Shown here: positions 62,337-64,000 of the stretch, piece by piece
Numbering within the stretch: the stretch's first letter is position 1
Layout of the letters: each line of letters begins with the position of its first letter
The notes under the pieces: generated by a model
Database searches by the model: none
Told to the model about the DNA's origin: nothing
Seen by the model: only the letters and a program-made list of their open reading frames with translations
Position numbers and translations under genes: made by a program
NCBI GenBank assembly: GCA_963752195.1
Contig: CAVVXI010000004.1
Span: 197,029 to 261,028, forward strand
Reading direction: 5' to 3'
Length of the DNA: 64,000 nucleotides
DNA from: an uncultured Bacteroidales bacterium
GTDB taxonomy: Bacteria; Bacteroidota; Bacteroidia; Bacteroidales; UBA10428

Positions 62337-64000
62337 CTTATTTGTATTGCCATTTACAATAGGCCTTCTTTTTCTTTTGGGTTATCTGGCTGTTACTTAT
62401 GCCCGATGGTTCAGAAAGATGAACAAGGTTGACAGGTTGAAGGTTGTTACAGGATTCCTGAGTTTCAGGGTATTTGGCGCATTGCAAGAAATCATCAGCG
62501 AAAGTTTGCTGCACCGGAGAATATTTTCGAGAAACAGGCTTCTTGGCTTTATGCACATGAGCCTTGCATTCGGCTGGTTTTTGCTGATTGCTGTCGGCAA
62601 TATGGAAAGCAGGGTCTACCAACCTTCCGGAATGAATCCCCCGTATATTCCGATCTTTTTCCGCTTTTTTCATGCCAATCCCGGTGTATTTCCACTGCAC
62701 AGGGTTTTTTCATTTGTGATGGACCTGTTGCTCCTCCTGGTGCTGTCCGGCGTGCTGCTTGCTCTTGCCAAAAGGATATATTCACAAGCCTATGGAATGA
62801 AACGAACCACCCGACTTATGCCGGGTGACCGGTTTGCATTGACTTCCCTGTGGCTTATCTTCCCGTTGCGGCTGCTGGCCGAATCATTTACCTCAGAAGC
62901 ATTGGGAGGGGGAGATTTCCTTACTGCTTCAACCGGGCATTTTCTTGGGTTTTTTCTTCCTGCCGGCCTATTGTATTACCCGGCATGGTGGGCTTACTCC
63001 GTTTCACTGGGGGTGTTTTTTGCGGCCCTTCCCTTTTCCAGGTACATGCACATCCCTACCGAAGTGGTGCTCATTTTCTCCCGCCATTTCGGACTATCTG
63101 AAACGAATACCCGGACTTCCTTTACGGAGGTGGAAATCAATTCCTGTTCACGGTGCGGAATTTGCCTGGATACCTGTCAGTTATCCTTTGTGGCCGGAAT
63201 AAATACGGTTCAGTCTGCCTACCAGCTAAAGGCAATCCGTTATAACCAGATAAAACCGCATGAAAGTCTGAACTGCCTGATGTGCGGAAGATGCGAGCAG
63301 GCATGCCCGGTTGGGATAGATATCCCTAAAATCCGTTTGATCGCACGGAATGAAATGAACGGAAAAGAGCCCGATCCTTCATTCATCCAACAGCCAATGC
63401 CAGCTGCCCGGCGCGCGGATGTCATTTATTTTGCCGGCTGTATGACTCATCAGACTCCATCCATAAAAAAAGCGATGAAAAAAATCCTGTCGGCTGCAGG
63501 TGTCAATTACTGGTTTATGGATGAAGAGGGCGGTATATGCTGCGGAAGGCCTATGATGCTGGCGGGGCATAAGGAACAGGCCTCCATTCTTATGAAGAAA
63601 AACCGGAAACTGATTGCTGATTCTGGTGCAACGACTTTTGTCACTTCCTGCCCCATCTGTTTCAAAACCTTTGCCAGGGAATATGACCTGAATATCCGTG
63701 TTATGCATCACTCACAGTACCTGCTTGAATTGCACGAAAAGAATAAAATAAATCTCAAATCTCTGCATGCCGGCGCGGTTTATCACGACCCGTGTGAATT
63801 GAGCCGGGACATCAGGATATACGATGAGCCCAGGAAGCTGCTGGGAGAAATGGTAGATCTGATTCAGCCCGAATTTGAAAAAGAAAACTCGCTATGCTGC
63901 GGCAGCAGCCTGGCCAACTTCACAGCCGGCGATGACATCCGTCGGAAAATAGCGGTGAACACATACGAAAAATTAAATCCCGCCGGGGCACAATGCCTGG
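62326..64000 (+). CDS. Membrane-anchored FeS/CCG-domain protein (NarI/DsrM-like TM domain fused to an HdrD/DsrK-like domain), partial (continues past window end)
   Basis: Absent from ORF track (no stop in window). My translation from ATG 62326: MKFDLFVLPFTIGLLFLLGYL..., about 5 TM segments with conserved His, then CSRCGICLDTC, CLMCGRCEQACP, GICCGRP, SCPICF and SLCCGS motifs. Confidence 0.75.
   Translation, partial: MKFDLFVLPFTIGLLFLLGYLAVTYARWFRKMNKVDRLKVVTGFLSFRVFGALQEIISESLLHRRIFSRNRLLGFMHMSLAFGWFLLIAVGNMESRVYQPSGMNPPYIPIFFRFFHANPGVFPLHRVFSFVMDLLLLLVLSGVLLALAKRIYSQAYGMKRTTRLMPGDRFALTSLWLIFPLRLLAESFTSEALGGGDFLTASTGHFLGFFLPAGLLYYPAWWAYSVSLGVFFAALPFSRYMHIPTEVVLIFSRHFGLSETNTRTSFTEVEINSCSRCGICLDTCQLSFVAGINTVQSAYQLKAIRYNQIKPHESLNCLMCGRCEQACPVGIDIPKIRLIARNEMNGKEPDPSFIQQPMPAARRADVIYFAGCMTHQTPSIKKAMKKILSAAGVNYWFMDEEGGICCGRPMMLAGHKEQASILMKKNRKLIADSGATTFVTSCPICFKTFAREYDLNIRVMHHSQYLLELHEKNKINLKSLHAGAVYHDPCELSRDIRIYDEPRKLLGEMVDLIQPEFEKENSLCCGSSLANFTAGDDIRRKIAVNTYEKLNPAGAQCL

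Overview
This 64-kb window looks like chromosome from a Bacteroidota (Bacteroidia-like) genome. The gene content points that way: CarboxypepD_reg/TonB-type receptor, GH95, sialate O-acetylesterase, fused BCKDH E1 alpha/beta, LytTR, SpoIIE-type phosphatase.

Layout:
- 1-12.3 kb: minus-strand NADH:quinone oxidoreductase operon, nuoA-B-CD-E-F-G-H-I-J-K-L-M. It is the fused-NuoCD, long-NuoG, NuoEFG-containing type.
- 12.5-16.5 kb: sensor kinase, OmpR-type regulator and ECF sigma factor.
- 16.5-24 kb: phosphatase-like protein, VOC protein, sbcDC and a PLP decarboxylase.
- 25-29.5 kb: GH95 and a carbohydrate esterase.
- 29.7-32.2 kb: trkAH.
- 32.5-43.3 kb: outer-membrane proteins, LytTR protein, truA, a sugar isomerase-like protein and a CopB-type ATPase.
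- 43.3-49.4 kb: accessory-looking patch. It holds an AT-rich cupin gene, a tRNA-Pro(GGG) inside a mosaic of tRNA-derived pseudo-copies, an IS110-family element, and a two-gene pair (stand-alone SpoIIE/PP2C phosphatase plus a 775-aa ABC/OLD-like ATPase with a coiled-coil insertion).
- 49.6-58.8 kb: 2-oxoacid dehydrogenase E2/E1, flavodoxin, thioredoxin-like protein, class IV aminotransferase, DedA, two EamA transporters and a PepSY-like protein.
- 59-64 kb: heterodisulfide-reductase-like cluster, HdrC/HdrB/HdrA-like plus a small ferredoxin and a membrane-anchored FeS/CCG protein that runs off the window.

Most notable observations:
1. Almost every intergenic spacer between 49 and 61 kb, and several elsewhere, consists of short tandem repeats with 7- or 8-nt units. 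Many abut or overlap start or stop codons.
2. The tRNA-Pro locus is a mosaic of pseudo-copies.
3. The IS110 element sits inside one heptamer array and carries internal sequence matching its flank, as a bridge-RNA guide would.
4. The phosphatase/ATPase pair is a candidate defence-like module.
5. Three core genes (nuoH, nuoF, E2) each carry a single-base frameshift. These are more likely assembly errors than decay.

All calls rest on reading the translations and the sequence by eye. No searches were run.
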